Assembly (NCBI GenBank): GCA_015056945.1
Contig: SVFH01000014.1
Location: 171-64,170, forward strand
Direction: 5' to 3'
DNA: 64,000 nt
Source: Lachnospiraceae bacterium
GTDB lineage: Bacteria > Bacillota > Clostridia > Lachnospirales > Lachnospiraceae
Made by a program: the position numbers and the translations under genes. Below, one piece after another: positions 1 through 10,340 of the stretch. Position 1 is the first letter of the stretch; each line of letters begins with the position of its first letter. The notes beneath the pieces were generated by a model. That model saw only the letters and a list, made by a program, of their open reading frames with translations. It was not told the DNA's origin and did no database searches.

Positions 1-75
1 TCTTCCTTGCGCGCGAGTGTGCATCCTTAGCGGAGCTTTTTTATTGCATAGGAATTTCCTATGCAATAAAAAACC
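1..75. repeat. Dispersed structured repeat family A, copy 1 (cut by window edge)
   Basis: Nearly identical to 48848-48921; contains palindrome TTTTTTATTGCATAGGAA-T-TTCCTATGCAATAAAAAA (37-73). Confidence 0.85.
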
Positions 76-99
76 GCCGATGCAATACACCGGCGGTTT
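68..99 (-). terminator. Intrinsic terminator after spoVG
   Basis: AAAACCGCCG...CGGCGGTTTT hairpin with T tracts on both sides. Confidence 0.75.
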
Positions 100-112
100 C
101 TTTGCTATAACC

Positions 113-379
113 TTATTCTTCTTTGTTCATCTCGTTTTCGTATGCTTTCAGGATTTCATTCTGCACATACTCACGCGTCTCCGCTTTAATCGGATGCGCA
201 ATATCACGAAACTGATTTTCGCCGCTCTTTTTACTTGGCATCGCTATAAATAACCCCTTTTCACCTTCGATGATTTTAATATCATGGACAACAAACTCGT
301 CATCCAGCGTAATGGATGCCACTGCACACAATCTTCCTTCATTCGGCACCTTTCTAACTCGAACATCTGTAATCTTCAT
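113..379 (-). CDS. spoVG: Septation regulator SpoVG
   Basis: [10 protein letters not shown]...[29 protein letters not shown]...FRDIAHPI; start reassigned to ATG 379 after a GGAGG RBS. Confidence 0.95.
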   Translation of the reverse strand: MKITDVRVRKVPNEGRLCAVASITLDDEFVVHDIKIIEGEKGLFIAMPSKKSGENQFRDIAHPIKAETREYVQNEILKAYENEMNKEE

Positions 380-426
380 GATATTAGCCTCCTTCCAAAA
401 TCGAAAATGGTCCCCAACCATTTTAC

Positions 427-1554
427 CTATACATCATAGCGTTCATTCTTCTCTATCAGGATTTTCACTTCACCATCGCCAACGTAACTGGAGTTTGCGC
501 GAATCGTCGCACTGCTCTCTACAATGCAGTTCTCGATATACGTATTGTCTCCGATATATACGTCATTTAAAATAATGGAGTTCTTAATGGTACAATTGTT
601 ACCCACAAATACTTTTTTGAAAATAATGGAGTTTTCAATCTTACCATTGATGATACTGCCGCTTGAAACTAAGCTGTTACTAACCTGTGCCCCCACATTG
701 TACTTAGCAGGCGGAAGATCATCCACTTTAGAGTAAACGTCCGGATATTCCTTAAAGAAATAATTTCTCACAGCCGGCTTTAAGAAATCCATATTGGTAG
801 CATAGTAATCATCCACGGATGCTACATTTTTCCAATATTCTTTCATCTTATATCCAAAGATACGTTTCATTCCTTTGTAACGGATTAAAATATCTGCCAC
901 AAGATCATAACGTCCTTCTTCGTAAGAATTCTCTATTAATTCGATCAAAAGTCTTCTTCTGATTACATAAATACCGCAGGAAACGGTATTGGTCTTTGCA
1001 ACCATCGGCTTTTCCTCAAATTCTTCGATCCGACTCTCTTCATTCATCTTGATAACGCCGTAACGCTCAACATTTACATTCTCGGGCATATCCTTGCAAA
1101 CAACCGTAATGTCAGCCTTTTTATCAATGTGATATTCAAGAACCTTATTGTAATCAAGCTTGTACACGCAATCGCCGGAAGCAATTACTACATACGGTTC
1201 ATGGCTGTTTTTCAAAAATTCGATATTCTGATAAATCGCATCAGCCGTTCCGCGGTACCAGTTGCTGTTCTCTGCCGTCACTACCGGTGTGAAAACATAC
1301 AAGCCTCCCTGCTTACGACCGAAATCCCACCATTTGGAAGAACTCAAATGTTCATTTAAGCTTCTTGCATTGTACTGGGTAAGAACTGCTACTCTCTGAA
1401 TATGAGAGTTTGACATATTACTCAGTGCAAAGTCAATACTTCTGTAACTTCCCGCAATCGGCATCGCTGAGATTGCACGCTTCTGGGAAAGTTCACGCAT
1501 ACGGTGGTTATGACCACCCGCCAAAATAATTCCTATCGCTCTCATATTACTCAC
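427..1554 (-). CDS. glgD: Glucose-1-phosphate adenylyltransferase subunit GlgD
   Basis: [21 protein letters not shown]-terminal beta-helix; directly follows glgC. Confidence 0.92.
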   Translation of the reverse strand: MSNMRAIGIILAGGHNHRMRELSQKRAISAMPIAGSYRSIDFALSNMSNSHIQRVAVLTQYNARSLNEHLSSSKWWDFGRKQGGLYVFTPVVTAENSNWYRGTADAIYQNIEFLKNSHEPYVVIASGDCVYKLDYNKVLEYHIDKKADITVVCKDMPENVNVERYGVIKMNEESRIEEFEEKPMVAKTNTVSCGIYVIRRRLLIELIENSYEEGRYDLVADILIRYKGMKRIFGYKMKEYWKNVASVDDYYATNMDFLKPAVRNYFFKEYPDVYSKVDDLPPAKYNVGAQVSNSLVSSGSIINGKIENSIIFKKVFVGNNCTIKNSIILNDVYIGDNTYIENCIVESSATIRANSSYVGDGEVKILIEKNERYDV

Positions 1555-2815
1555 CTGCCTTAATCAATGTTCTGCCGCTTCCAAGATACGAATCCGGGTA
1601 ATCCTCTTTGACTGTGATACCCCCCACAACCGAGTTTTTACCAACAGATACACCATTTGGAATCACACTCTTTTCACCGACTGTCACCAGACCGTGATTA
1701 TAAATATGAGGCGCGCTGTCGTTCTCTGTTTCTTCTCCGACACCGAGCTTTACATCGTTTCCGATGGTAACGTTTTCTGCAATAATACCCTTGTTAATCT
1801 CACAATTATCCCCAATCACGGTTTCATTCATAATGATGGAATCTCTTACCACCGTACCTTCACCGATTGTAACCCCGCAACCGATGATGGAATTATAAAC
1901 CTTACCGCATATCGTTGAACCTTCTCCAATCAGACACTTCTCAATTACGCTGTCGGAAGAAATATACTGAGGCGGAAGTGTATCGCTCTTCGTGTAAATC
2001 TTCCAATACTCCTCATACAAATTAAATACGGGAACGATGTCAATCAGTTCCATATTTGCTTCCCAATAAGAATGAAGTGTTCCTACATCCTTCCAGTATC
2101 CGTTGTACTCATACGCATAAAGTGGCGAGCCGTTCTCGTGGCAATACGGAATAATGTGCTTACCAAAATCTAACTTCGGCTGTTCCGCCCGTGCCAGAAG
2201 AGCTTCTTTCAATGTTTTCCAGTTGAAAATATAGATACCCATGGAAGCAAGATTACTTCTCGGATTCTCGGGCTTTTCTTCGAAATCAACAATCTTTCTG
2301 TCCTCGTCAGCGATAACAATACCGAAACGCTTTGCTTCTTCATAAGGAACCGGCATAACGGCAATCGTTACTTCTGCACCGTTCTTCTTATGGAAATCAA
2401 GCATTACTTCGTAATCCATCTTATAAATATGGTCACCGGACAGAATCAATACATATTCCGGATTAAAACTTTCCATATAGTCAAGATTCTGATAAATTGC
2501 ATTCGCAGTACCTGTGTACCATTCGCTGTTTCCGCTCTTCTCATACGGCGGAAGCACCGTAACACCACCAATATTTCTGTCCAAATCCCAGGGAATACCG
2601 ATTCCGATATGAGTATTCAGACGAAGCGGCTGGTACTGTGTTAACACACCGACTGTATCAACACCGGAATTGATGCAGTTACTGAGCGGGAAATCAATAA
2701 TACGATACTTTCCGCCAAATGCAACCGCAGGTTTTGCTACCTTGGAAGTGAGGATTCCGAGTCGGCTACCCTGACCACCGGCAAGCAACATTGCAATCAT
2801 TTCTTTTTTTACCAT
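1547..2815 (-). CDS. glgC: Glucose-1-phosphate adenylyltransferase GlgC
   Basis: [54 protein letters not shown]; start at ATG 2815. Confidence 0.95.
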   Translation of the reverse strand: MVKKEMIAMLLAGGQGSRLGILTSKVAKPAVAFGGKYRIIDFPLSNCINSGVDTVGVLTQYQPLRLNTHIGIGIPWDLDRNIGGVTVLPPYEKSGNSEWYTGTANAIYQNLDYMESFNPEYVLILSGDHIYKMDYEVMLDFHKKNGAEVTIAVMPVPYEEAKRFGIVIADEDRKIVDFEEKPENPRSNLASMGIYIFNWKTLKEALLARAEQPKLDFGKHIIPYCHENGSPLYAYEYNGYWKDVGTLHSYWEANMELIDIVPVFNLYEEYWKIYTKSDTLPPQYISSDSVIEKCLIGEGSTICGKVYNSIIGCGVTIGEGTVVRDSIIMNETVIGDNCEINKGIIAENVTIGNDVKLGVGEETENDSAPHIYNHGLVTVGEKSVIPNGVSVGKNSVVGGITVKEDYPDSYLGSGRTLIKAGE

Positions 2816-3167
2816 GTCTTCACCCCTTAGTTGTAATATTTGTAGAAATCCGGAAACCCCCAATTGTCTCCGCTTTCATTTTTGTAACCCAGTATTTTTC
2901 ACATAATTATAACATGACAAACACCAAAAGTGAACCTTTTGCACGAAATAAATCGTTCTTTTCCGCACTTTTTTCGTAACTTTTTACAAATTTTACATAA
3001 TCCATTATCGTTTTTTGGTACATTTTACCTTTTGCGATTTTTTAACACTTCCATTTTATACAAAAAAGTGAAATGCCACTTTTTTTTTTACGCATGATTG
3101 TGTATGATTATATAAAATGTAGAAAAAGGATTTTATACCCTTTTTCAATCCAGAAAAGAGGTACATT

Positions 3168-4547
3168 ATGTACAAAATTGATTTTGACAATCCCATTGCC
3201 GTTCATTTCATCGGAATCGGCGGAATCAGCATGAGCGGACTTGCGCAGATTCTTATGGCAAACGGATTTAAAGTATCCGGTTCTGACAATCGGGCCTCAG
3301 AACTTACGGAGGAATTAGAAAGAAACGGTGCGACCATATATATAGGCCAGTGTGCCGCCAACATCAAAGAGCCGTTGGATTTAGTGGTTTACACTGCGGC
3401 TATCCGGGAAGACAATCCCGAATTCGCACGTTGCAAAGAGCTTTCCCTTCCTATGATTACACGTGCGGAATTACTCGGACAGATTATGCGCAATTACGGA
3501 CACGCAATCGCTGTCAGCGGAACCCATGGTAAAACAACCACCTCATCCATGGCATCCGAGATATTACTGGCGGCAGATTTAGACCCCACGCTTACCATCG
3601 GCGGTATTTTAAAAAGTATCGGCGGTAATTTAAAACTGGGAAATTCAGAATATTTTCTGACGGAAGCGTGTGAATATACAAACAGCTTTTTATCTTTTTA
3701 TCCGAAATACGGCATTATCTTAAATGTAGAAGAAGACCATTTAGACTTCTTTAAAGATATTAATGAAATCAGGGACTCATTCCATAAATTTGCAAGTCTC
3801 CTTCCCGAAGACGGCGCGCTCATTATCAATAGTGACATTGATAATTACATTGCGCTAACCGAAGGAATTGCTGCACCTGTCCATACTTTTGGTTTCAGCG
3901 ATGCTGCCGATTATTACTGCACCGATTTGCATGTGGGTGACCACGGCGCATACAAGTTTCTGTTTCATACACCAGACGGTCGTTCCCAGGAAGTCATACT
4001 GAATGTAGTAGGACTTCATAATGTCAGCAACGCACTTGCATCACTTGTGCTTGCAGACCTTCTTCATATTGATTTACAGATTGCGGCCAAAGCGCTCCTC
4101 TCCTGCTCCGGAGCCAACCGTCGTTTCGAGTTAAAAGGTAATTTGGGCGGTGTAACCGTGATAGACGATTACGCACACCATCCAACCGAAATCAAAGCAA
4201 CGCTTTCTGCTGCTAAGGATTATCCGCATCGGGAATTATGGTGCGTATTCCAGCCGCATACCTACACAAGAACGCAGGCGTTTCTCGATGACTTTGCGGA
4301 TGCACTTTCTGCTGCAGACCATGTAGTCCTGACCGATATTTACGCCGCAAGAGAGAAGAATACCATCGGCATATCTTCCGTAGATTTACAAAAAAAATTA
4401 TTGCAAAAGAACGTTGATTGCCATTATTTTTCTTCATTTGGCGACATTGAAATATTTTTATTACAAAATTGTATCCCCAATGACCTGTTGATAACTATGG
4501 GGGCCGGAGATGTCGTTAAAATCGGAGAAAACCTGTTAGGAAAATAA
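3168..4547 (+). CDS. murC: UDP-N-acetylmuramate--L-alanine ligase
   Basis: HFIGIGGISMSGLA, GTHGKTTT, EACEY, DDYAHHPTE, FQPH, TMGAGD. Confidence 0.95.
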   Translation: MYKIDFDNPIAVHFIGIGGISMSGLAQILMANGFKVSGSDNRASELTEELERNGATIYIGQCAANIKEPLDLVVYTAAIREDNPEFARCKELSLPMITRAELLGQIMRNYGHAIAVSGTHGKTTTSSMASEILLAADLDPTLTIGGILKSIGGNLKLGNSEYFLTEACEYTNSFLSFYPKYGIILNVEEDHLDFFKDINEIRDSFHKFASLLPEDGALIINSDIDNYIALTEGIAAPVHTFGFSDAADYYCTDLHVGDHGAYKFLFHTPDGRSQEVILNVVGLHNVSNALASLVLADLLHIDLQIAAKALLSCSGANRRFELKGNLGGVTVIDDYAHHPTEIKATLSAAKDYPHRELWCVFQPHTYTRTQAFLDDFADALSAADHVVLTDIYAAREKNTIGISSVDLQKKLLQKNVDCHYFSSFGDIEIFLLQNCIPNDLLITMGAGDVVKIGENLLGK

Positions 4548-4721
4548 CTTATCCACATTATCCACAGTTTGAGCCGGTTTAAACGGCACTCGAAACTGTG
4601 GATATTTTTTGTTAACATAATCTTTTTATTTATTTTTTGTTTGTAAGTAAAATCGGGCTTTTGAGATTCTTTTAGAGACATTATGTGTACCTGAAAATAA
4701 AAGTTGTCCACATTATCCACA
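4486..4721. promoter_or_regulatory. DnaA-box cluster
   Basis: TTATCCACA at 4549, 4558 and 4713; one-mismatch boxes TTGTCCACA at 4704, TGTGGATAT at 4597 and TGTTGATAA at 4486. Confidence 0.75.
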
Positions 4722-4890
4722 AAACCGCAAACCCCAGTGTTTATAAGGGTTTGCGCCAATTTTGGGTGTTCCTTTTTCGAAAACTTTGTGCTATAATTCA
4801 TTTTGCTTTTAAATATTCGTCCGGTTACAGACAACCCATCCCAAACGAACCCGTTTCGGATGCCTCGGACCGGACATGGGGGAACTGAAA

Positions 4891-5931
4891 ATGAATCATA
4901 TTGCACTTTATCGGGAAGACCATTCCGGGCTGACCGGTGTGTCTAATCTTTTCATTGACACTTACATGAAAGATGCCAATGATGCGCAAATCAAGACATA
5001 CCTTTATTTAATTCGCGCGCAGTCCGCTAATCTTCCGATCTGCATTTCGGAAATTGCAGATACTTTTAACCATACCGAGAAAGAGGTCGTACGCTCATTA
5101 CAATACTGGGAACGTATGAACCTGCTTAAGCTCAGTTACGACAACGAACATAATATTACAGGCATTTGTCTTTTGGAATTGCAGCCCGAGAAGCCATTGG
5201 CACCGGTTGTTACATTGTTACAGCAGGACCGTCCGAAGGAGGAAGAAACGGAAGCAATCGTGGTTGGTGCACCGCCCAAGCCTTCTTACAACGCAGACGA
5301 TATCCGCTTACATAAACAGGATCAGGACTTCTGTGCACTACTTTGCATTATTGAGCACTACCTCGGCAAACCGCTTAGCATTGCCGACGTCAAGAGTATC
5401 CTTTATATTCACCGGGAGCTTGCATTTTCAAATGATTTGATTGATACCCTGCTTGAGTATTGCCTGGAACGCGGAAAGAAAGAGCTTCGTTACATCGAGA
5501 AGACTGCCGTTGCGTGGTACGAGAACAACATTCGTACTCCTGAAGATGCAAAGGAGCATGTTGCCGGCTATGATAAAACAGTCTATACCGTTATGAAAGC
5601 TTTGGGTAAATATTACACTCCAACCGTACACGAAGTGGATTACATCAATAAATGGCGGAACTCATACGGTTTCAGTACGGAAATGATTCTGGAATCCTGC
5701 GCGCGCACCGTAATGGCTACAGACAATCATCGTTTCGAATACGCCGACGGAATTCTGAGCAAATGGAAAGAGCAAAACTTAAGAACACTTGCTGCCGTCC
5801 GCGAAGCTGACAAGAATTTCCGCAGCGCAAAGCCTGCAGCAAACAAGCAGACCGCTGAACCTGCTTTTAATCGTTTTATGAAGACAAGCTATGACTTTGA
5901 AGCTCTTGAGAAAGAGATTCTGAGTAATTAA
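4891..5931 (+). CDS. DnaD/DnaB-domain replication protein
   Basis: VSNLFIDTYM..AN..QIK.YLY N-terminus plus two DnaB_2-like repeats (RYIEKTAVAW, EYADGILSKW). Confidence 0.85.
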   Translation: MNHIALYREDHSGLTGVSNLFIDTYMKDANDAQIKTYLYLIRAQSANLPICISEIADTFNHTEKEVVRSLQYWERMNLLKLSYDNEHNITGICLLELQPEKPLAPVVTLLQQDRPKEEETEAIVVGAPPKPSYNADDIRLHKQDQDFCALLCIIEHYLGKPLSIADVKSILYIHRELAFSNDLIDTLLEYCLERGKKELRYIEKTAVAWYENNIRTPEDAKEHVAGYDKTVYTVMKALGKYYTPTVHEVDYINKWRNSYGFSTEMILESCARTVMATDNHRFEYADGILSKWKEQNLRTLAAVREADKNFRSAKPAANKQTAEPAFNRFMKTSYDFEALEKEILSN

Positions 5932-5943
5932 AGGAGAACACAA

Positions 5944-6918
5944 GTGGCACTTAGCAATTCACAATATGACAGTATCATCCGTTCATATAACCAGAGACGT
6001 CTTGACTCCAAGCGCCTTTTAGAAGAACGAACAAAAGAAGTCTATGAAGCCTTACCGGAATACAAAGAAATGGACGAGCTGATTGCCTCGCTCTCCATCA
6101 GTCGTGCCAAAGCACAGCTTATGGAGGAAGACAACGGTACTACCGACGATATCCACGATATTCTCGAAGATATCAACACACGCAAAAAGCTCCTATTAAC
6201 CGGAGCAGGCTATTCCATTAATTATCTGGATCCTGTTTATACCTGTACCTTCTGTAAGGACACCGGTTTTATCGACAATGAAAAATGCCATTGTTTCAAA
6301 CAGGCAATGCTTGATTTACTTTATGAGCAGTCAAACATCCGTGACATTCTTAAGGATGAGACCTTTGATCAGATTTCTTACGAGTATCAAATAGGTGACG
6401 ATCTGACTCGCTTCAAAAAGGCTGTAAACGGTGCCGAAAATTTCGTAGAACAATTTGACAGGAATTACGAAAACATCTTACTCTACGGAACCGTTGGTAC
6501 CGGCAAAAGTTTCCTTTCCAACTGCATGGCAAATGCACTGATTGAAAAGGGACATTCCGTGATATATTTCAGCGCTATTACACTGTTCCAGAAAATTTCA
6601 GAATATACTTTCCAAAAAAATGCGAAAGAATATTTGACAAATCCCTTCGAAGATATATATAATTGTGATTTGTTGATTATAGATGATTTAGGAACGGAAT
6701 TAGCAAACAGCTTCGTTACCTCGCAATTATTTGCCTGCTTAAACGAACGCCATCTGCGCCATAAGTCTACAATCATCTCCACTAACCTTGATTTAAATGA
6801 ATTGACACAACGTTATTCAGACCGTGTCATCTCAAGATTAATCAGTAATTATAATGTTTATAAATTATCCGGACAGGATATTCGTACCTATAGAAAAAGA
6901 TTGATGAGCAGAAAGTGA
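5944..6918 (+). CDS. DnaC/DnaI-like helicase-loader AAA+ ATPase
   Basis: Zn motif CTFC..C.C, Walker A GTVGTGKS, Walker B LLIIDDLGTE, STN, RVISR; GTG start. Confidence 0.88.
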   Translation: MALSNSQYDSIIRSYNQRRLDSKRLLEERTKEVYEALPEYKEMDELIASLSISRAKAQLMEEDNGTTDDIHDILEDINTRKKLLLTGAGYSINYLDPVYTCTFCKDTGFIDNEKCHCFKQAMLDLLYEQSNIRDILKDETFDQISYEYQIGDDLTRFKKAVNGAENFVEQFDRNYENILLYGTVGTGKSFLSNCMANALIEKGHSVIYFSAITLFQKISEYTFQKNAKEYLTNPFEDIYNCDLLIIDDLGTELANSFVTSQLFACLNERHLRHKSTIISTNLDLNELTQRYSDRVISRLISNYNVYKLSGQDIRTYRKRLMSRK

Positions 6919-6928
6919 GGATTATAGT

Positions 6929-8107
6929 ATGGCTACCCAAAGTGGTGAAATACGTAACTTGGAATCTATCCCCGTTGGTTCTCTCGGTATCATTCCCTTG
7001 GAAGGATGCAGAGAATTAGGCGAAAAAGTGAATCAGTACCTTGTTGAATGGAGAACAGAACGTGAGAACGAGCACAAAGACAGCCTTGCATTTGCAGGTT
7101 ATCAACGTGACTCTTATCTTCTTGATGCAAAGGTTCCGCGTTTCGGTACCGGTGAAGCCAAAGGTGTTATTAACGAATCCGTTCGTGGCGATGACCTCTA
7201 TATCATGGTAGATGTCTGCAACCACAGTCTCACCTATTCCCTTTGCGGAAAGACCAACCGCATGTCACCTGATGATCATTATCAGGATTTAAAACGTATC
7301 ATCGCTGCAGTAGGCGGTAAAGCAAGACGTATTACCGTAATTATGCCTTTCCTCTATGAAAGCAGACAGCATAAGAGAAGCTCCAGAGAATCTTTGGACT
7401 GTGCACTTGCTTTACAGGAACTTGTATACATGGGTGTTGATAATATCATTACTTTCGATGCACACGATCCTCGTGTACAGAATGCAATTCCTTTACACGG
7501 TTTTGAAACCGTACAGCCTGCTTATCAGTTTATCAAAGGTCTTGTGAACAATGTTCCTGACATCAAACTTGATGCTGAGCATATGATGATGATCAGCCCT
7601 GACGAAGGTGGCATGTCTCGTGCAATCTATATGGCAAACGTTCTCGGTCTTGATATGGGTATGTTCTATAAGAGAAGAGATTACACAAGAATCGTAGACG
7701 GAAGAAACCCGATTGTAGCGCATGAATTCCTTGGAACCAGCGTAGACGGCAAGGATGTCATTATCATTGATGATATGATTTCTTCCGGCGAAAGCGTTTT
7801 AGAAGTTGCTTCTGCATTGAAAGCAAGAAAGGCAAATCGTATCTTTATCGCTTCCACCTTTGGTCTTTTCACCAACGGTTTGGAGAAATTTGACAAAGCA
7901 TTTGAAGAGGGCTTGATTTACAGAGTTCTCACCACAAACCTGATTTATCAGACACCGGAATTATTGAATCGTGAATGGTACATAAACTGTGATATGAGTA
8001 AATATATCGCATATATCATTGATACCTTAAATCACGACAGTTCTATCAGTGATTTATTAAATCCCAGCGAAAGAATTCAGAATCTTTTAAAAGAACATAA
8101 TAAATAA
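6929..8107 (+). CDS. prs: Ribose-phosphate pyrophosphokinase
   Basis: RFGTGE, VRGDD, PFLYESRQ, DAH, SPDEGG, IIIDDMISSGES. Confidence 0.92.
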   Translation: MATQSGEIRNLESIPVGSLGIIPLEGCRELGEKVNQYLVEWRTERENEHKDSLAFAGYQRDSYLLDAKVPRFGTGEAKGVINESVRGDDLYIMVDVCNHSLTYSLCGKTNRMSPDDHYQDLKRIIAAVGGKARRITVIMPFLYESRQHKRSSRESLDCALALQELVYMGVDNIITFDAHDPRVQNAIPLHGFETVQPAYQFIKGLVNNVPDIKLDAEHMMMISPDEGGMSRAIYMANVLGLDMGMFYKRRDYTRIVDGRNPIVAHEFLGTSVDGKDVIIIDDMISSGESVLEVASALKARKANRIFIASTFGLFTNGLEKFDKAFEEGLIYRVLTTNLIYQTPELLNREWYINCDMSKYIAYIIDTLNHDSSISDLLNPSERIQNLLKEHNK

Positions 8108-8111
8108 ACTA

Positions 8112-8160
8112 TTAAAACCATAAAAAGACAATTACACCGCTTGCCTTTTTATGGTTTTAA
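8112..8160 (+). terminator. Probable terminator after prs
   Basis: TTAAAACCATAAAAAG...CTTTTTATGGTTTTAA inverted repeat. Confidence 0.55.
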
Positions 8161-8217
8161 TGCTATTCTCTCTATAGATGCAACTTGTCATTTTGTTTTT
8201 AATATTGAGGTTCACAT

Positions 8218-8703
8218 ATGATAAAAAATAATAAAGGATTTTCACTTGTAGAATTGATTATTGTAATCGCCATTATGGTTTTACTTGTTGGTTCTCTTGC
8301 ACCCCTGCTATTACGTTTTATCGAAAAAACACAGGTTTCTTCCGATATGCAGTTAGCAGACACCGTTAGAACCGCAGTTGCCACTGCCATTGTTGATGTT
8401 GAAGTACAAAGGGATCAAGCAAGCCGGCCTTATCTTGATCTGATGGAATCTTCAACCGGAATGATAATTAACGAAAATTCATCATTCTTAAATTCGCAAA
8501 GCGTTTTAAGAGAAAGCTTGGAAACTGCTTTTGGTTTTCCGGCAAGCGAAATTATGGACCAATTGCGTTCTGCGCATGGCGATAGTGACTGCATCGTCAA
8601 AACAACACATGGCGTTGTAACCGTACAATTTACATGTACCGACATAACTGCCAATAAAGACACAACATCCGCTACACCGAATAATGATATTTTAGTAAAA
8701 TAG
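8218..8703 (+). CDS. Type IV pilin-like protein (prepilin N-terminal cleavage/methylation motif)
   Basis: KG|FSLVELIIVIAIM class III signal with Glu at +5. Confidence 0.9.
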   Translation: MIKNNKGFSLVELIIVIAIMVLLVGSLAPLLLRFIEKTQVSSDMQLADTVRTAVATAIVDVEVQRDQASRPYLDLMESSTGMIINENSSFLNSQSVLRESLETAFGFPASEIMDQLRSAHGDSDCIVKTTHGVVTVQFTCTDITANKDTTSATPNNDILVK

Positions 8704-8712
8704 CACTATTAT

Positions 8713-8754
8713 GGTCAGTTCGAAACCATCCTGACCTTAAACAAAACTAAGGAG
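8713..8754 (+). ncRNA. preQ1 class I riboswitch
   Basis: GGTCAG-TTCGAAACCATC-CTGACC stem-loop followed by A-rich tail AAACAAAACTAA adjoining the GGAG RBS of a QueT gene. Confidence 0.9.
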
Positions 8755-8762
8755 ACAAAAAA

Positions 8763-9269
8763 ATGAAAAACAAGAAAGTACTGTACCTGACACAGGCCGC
8801 CATCATTGTGGTTCTCTATGTCTTGTTGACACAGCTTTCAAACGTATTCGGACTTGCATCTTCTTTGATACAAGTCCGTTTTTCTGAAGCGCTGTGCATC
8901 ATGGCACTCTTTACACCGGCAGCAATCCCCGGTCTTACAATCGGATGTTTGCTGTCAAACTTACTGACCGGTTGCGCTATTCCGGACATTCTATTCGGCA
9001 GTTTGGCAACATTGCTCGGAGCATTTGGCACACGTGCCTTTTACAAATTGGCCAAACGTAAAACCGGCTGGTTATTTCCGGCGTTACTCCCACCCATCTT
9101 AAGCAATACCATTATTATCCCTTTCGTATTGAAATATGCTTATGGTTTAGGACCTCTTTGGCTTTCCTTTGTAACCGTATTTGCCGGAGAATTTATCTCA
9201 TGCGGCATCCTTGGAAGCATTCTCTACTTTGCATTACGCAAACACATCTATAAAATATGGTCTGAATAA
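8763..9269 (+). CDS. queT: QueT family queuosine-precursor transporter (ECF S component)
   Basis: IQVRFSEAL, AIPGLTIGCLLSN, DILFGSLATL; lies downstream of a preQ1 riboswitch. Confidence 0.9.
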   Translation: MKNKKVLYLTQAAIIVVLYVLLTQLSNVFGLASSLIQVRFSEALCIMALFTPAAIPGLTIGCLLSNLLTGCAIPDILFGSLATLLGAFGTRAFYKLAKRKTGWLFPALLPPILSNTIIIPFVLKYAYGLGPLWLSFVTVFAGEFISCGILGSILYFALRKHIYKIWSE

Positions 9270-9280
9270 AAGAGTTTCGC

Positions 9281-10300
9281 TTACGCATTTTCGTATCCGT
9301 TTGGATTCTGTTTCTGCCAGTTCCATGAATCGCGGCACATTTCAAAAATGCCTCGTTTGGCTTCCCAGCCAAGCTCTTCAAAGGCTTTCTTGGGGCTTGC
9401 ATAACATTCTGCAATATCTCCCGGTCTTCTGTCTTTTATCTGATACGGAATCTTAACATCATTTGCCTTCTCAAAATTTTCAACAATTTCAAGCACGCTA
9501 TAACCTTTACCGGTTCCCAAATTATATACCTTTAATCCCGGTTTTTCTGTCATCTTTGCGATTGCCTTCACATGTCCGTCAGCCAAATCTACAACATGCA
9601 AATAATCTCTGACTCCGGTTCCGTCCGGTGTCGGGTAATCATTTCCAAACACACCCAGACACTCCAGTTTGCCAACTGCGACCTGTGTGATATAAGGCAT
9701 CAGATTATTCGGTATTCCATTTGGATTCTCACCGATTGTACCACTTTCATGTGCACCAATCGGATTGAAGTAACGAAGTAAAATCACATTCCATTCCGGA
9801 TCTGCTTTCTGCATATCCGATAATATCTGCTCAAGCATAGATTTGGTATGACCGTACGGATTGGTAATTTCACCTTTCGGACACTCCTCTGTTATCGGCA
9901 CAAACGCAGGACTTCCGTACACTGTTGCCGAGGAAGAAAATACAATATTTTTCACTCCGAATTCTTCCATTACATGAACAAGATTTAACGTTCCGGCAAT
10001 ATTATTCTGATAATACAGCCACGGTTTGCTGACAGATTCGCCAACCGCTTTCAACCCCGCAAAATGAATACAGGAATCTATTTTTTCTTTTCTAAAAACT
10101 TCACGCAACCCTTCTTCATCAAGAATATCCACCTGATAAAACGGCACTTCTTTTCCGGTCAATTTTTCCACACGTTTCAAAGACTTTTCGCTGGAATTAC
10201 TCAAATTATCCACTACGACAACGTCATACCCTGCATTCTGCAATTCTACAACGGTATGACTTCCGATATATCCGGCTCCGCCTGTTACCAAAATAGCCAT
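9281..10300 (-). CDS. galE: UDP-glucose 4-epimerase
   Basis: [54 protein letters not shown]. Confidence 0.96.
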   Translation of the reverse strand: MAILVTGGAGYIGSHTVVELQNAGYDVVVVDNLSNSSEKSLKRVEKLTGKEVPFYQVDILDEEGLREVFRKEKIDSCIHFAGLKAVGESVSKPWLYYQNNIAGTLNLVHVMEEFGVKNIVFSSSATVYGSPAFVPITEECPKGEITNPYGHTKSMLEQILSDMQKADPEWNVILLRYFNPIGAHESGTIGENPNGIPNNLMPYITQVAVGKLECLGVFGNDYPTPDGTGVRDYLHVVDLADGHVKAIAKMTEKPGLKVYNLGTGKGYSVLEIVENFEKANDVKIPYQIKDRRPGDIAECYASPKKAFEELGWEAKRGIFEMCRDSWNWQKQNPNGYENA

Positions 10301-10340
10301 ATTTTTCTGCTCCTTCTCTATGAACCGTAATTAAGGAATT

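Noticed and set aside
4548-4890. Chromosomal origin oriC
   Set aside because: No dnaA, dnaN or rpmH nearby and the predominant gene orientation is the same on both sides; kept only as a DnaA-box cluster
4424-4906. 160-aa minus-strand ORF across the DnaA-box region
   Set aside because: Overlaps murC, has no convincing RBS or motif, and the repeated WIMWI/VDNVDN strings are translations of the DnaA boxes
4891-6918. Prophage or IS21 replication module (DnaD plus IstB-like ATPase)
   Set aside because: Embedded between murC and prs, with no integrase, transposase or phage structural genes
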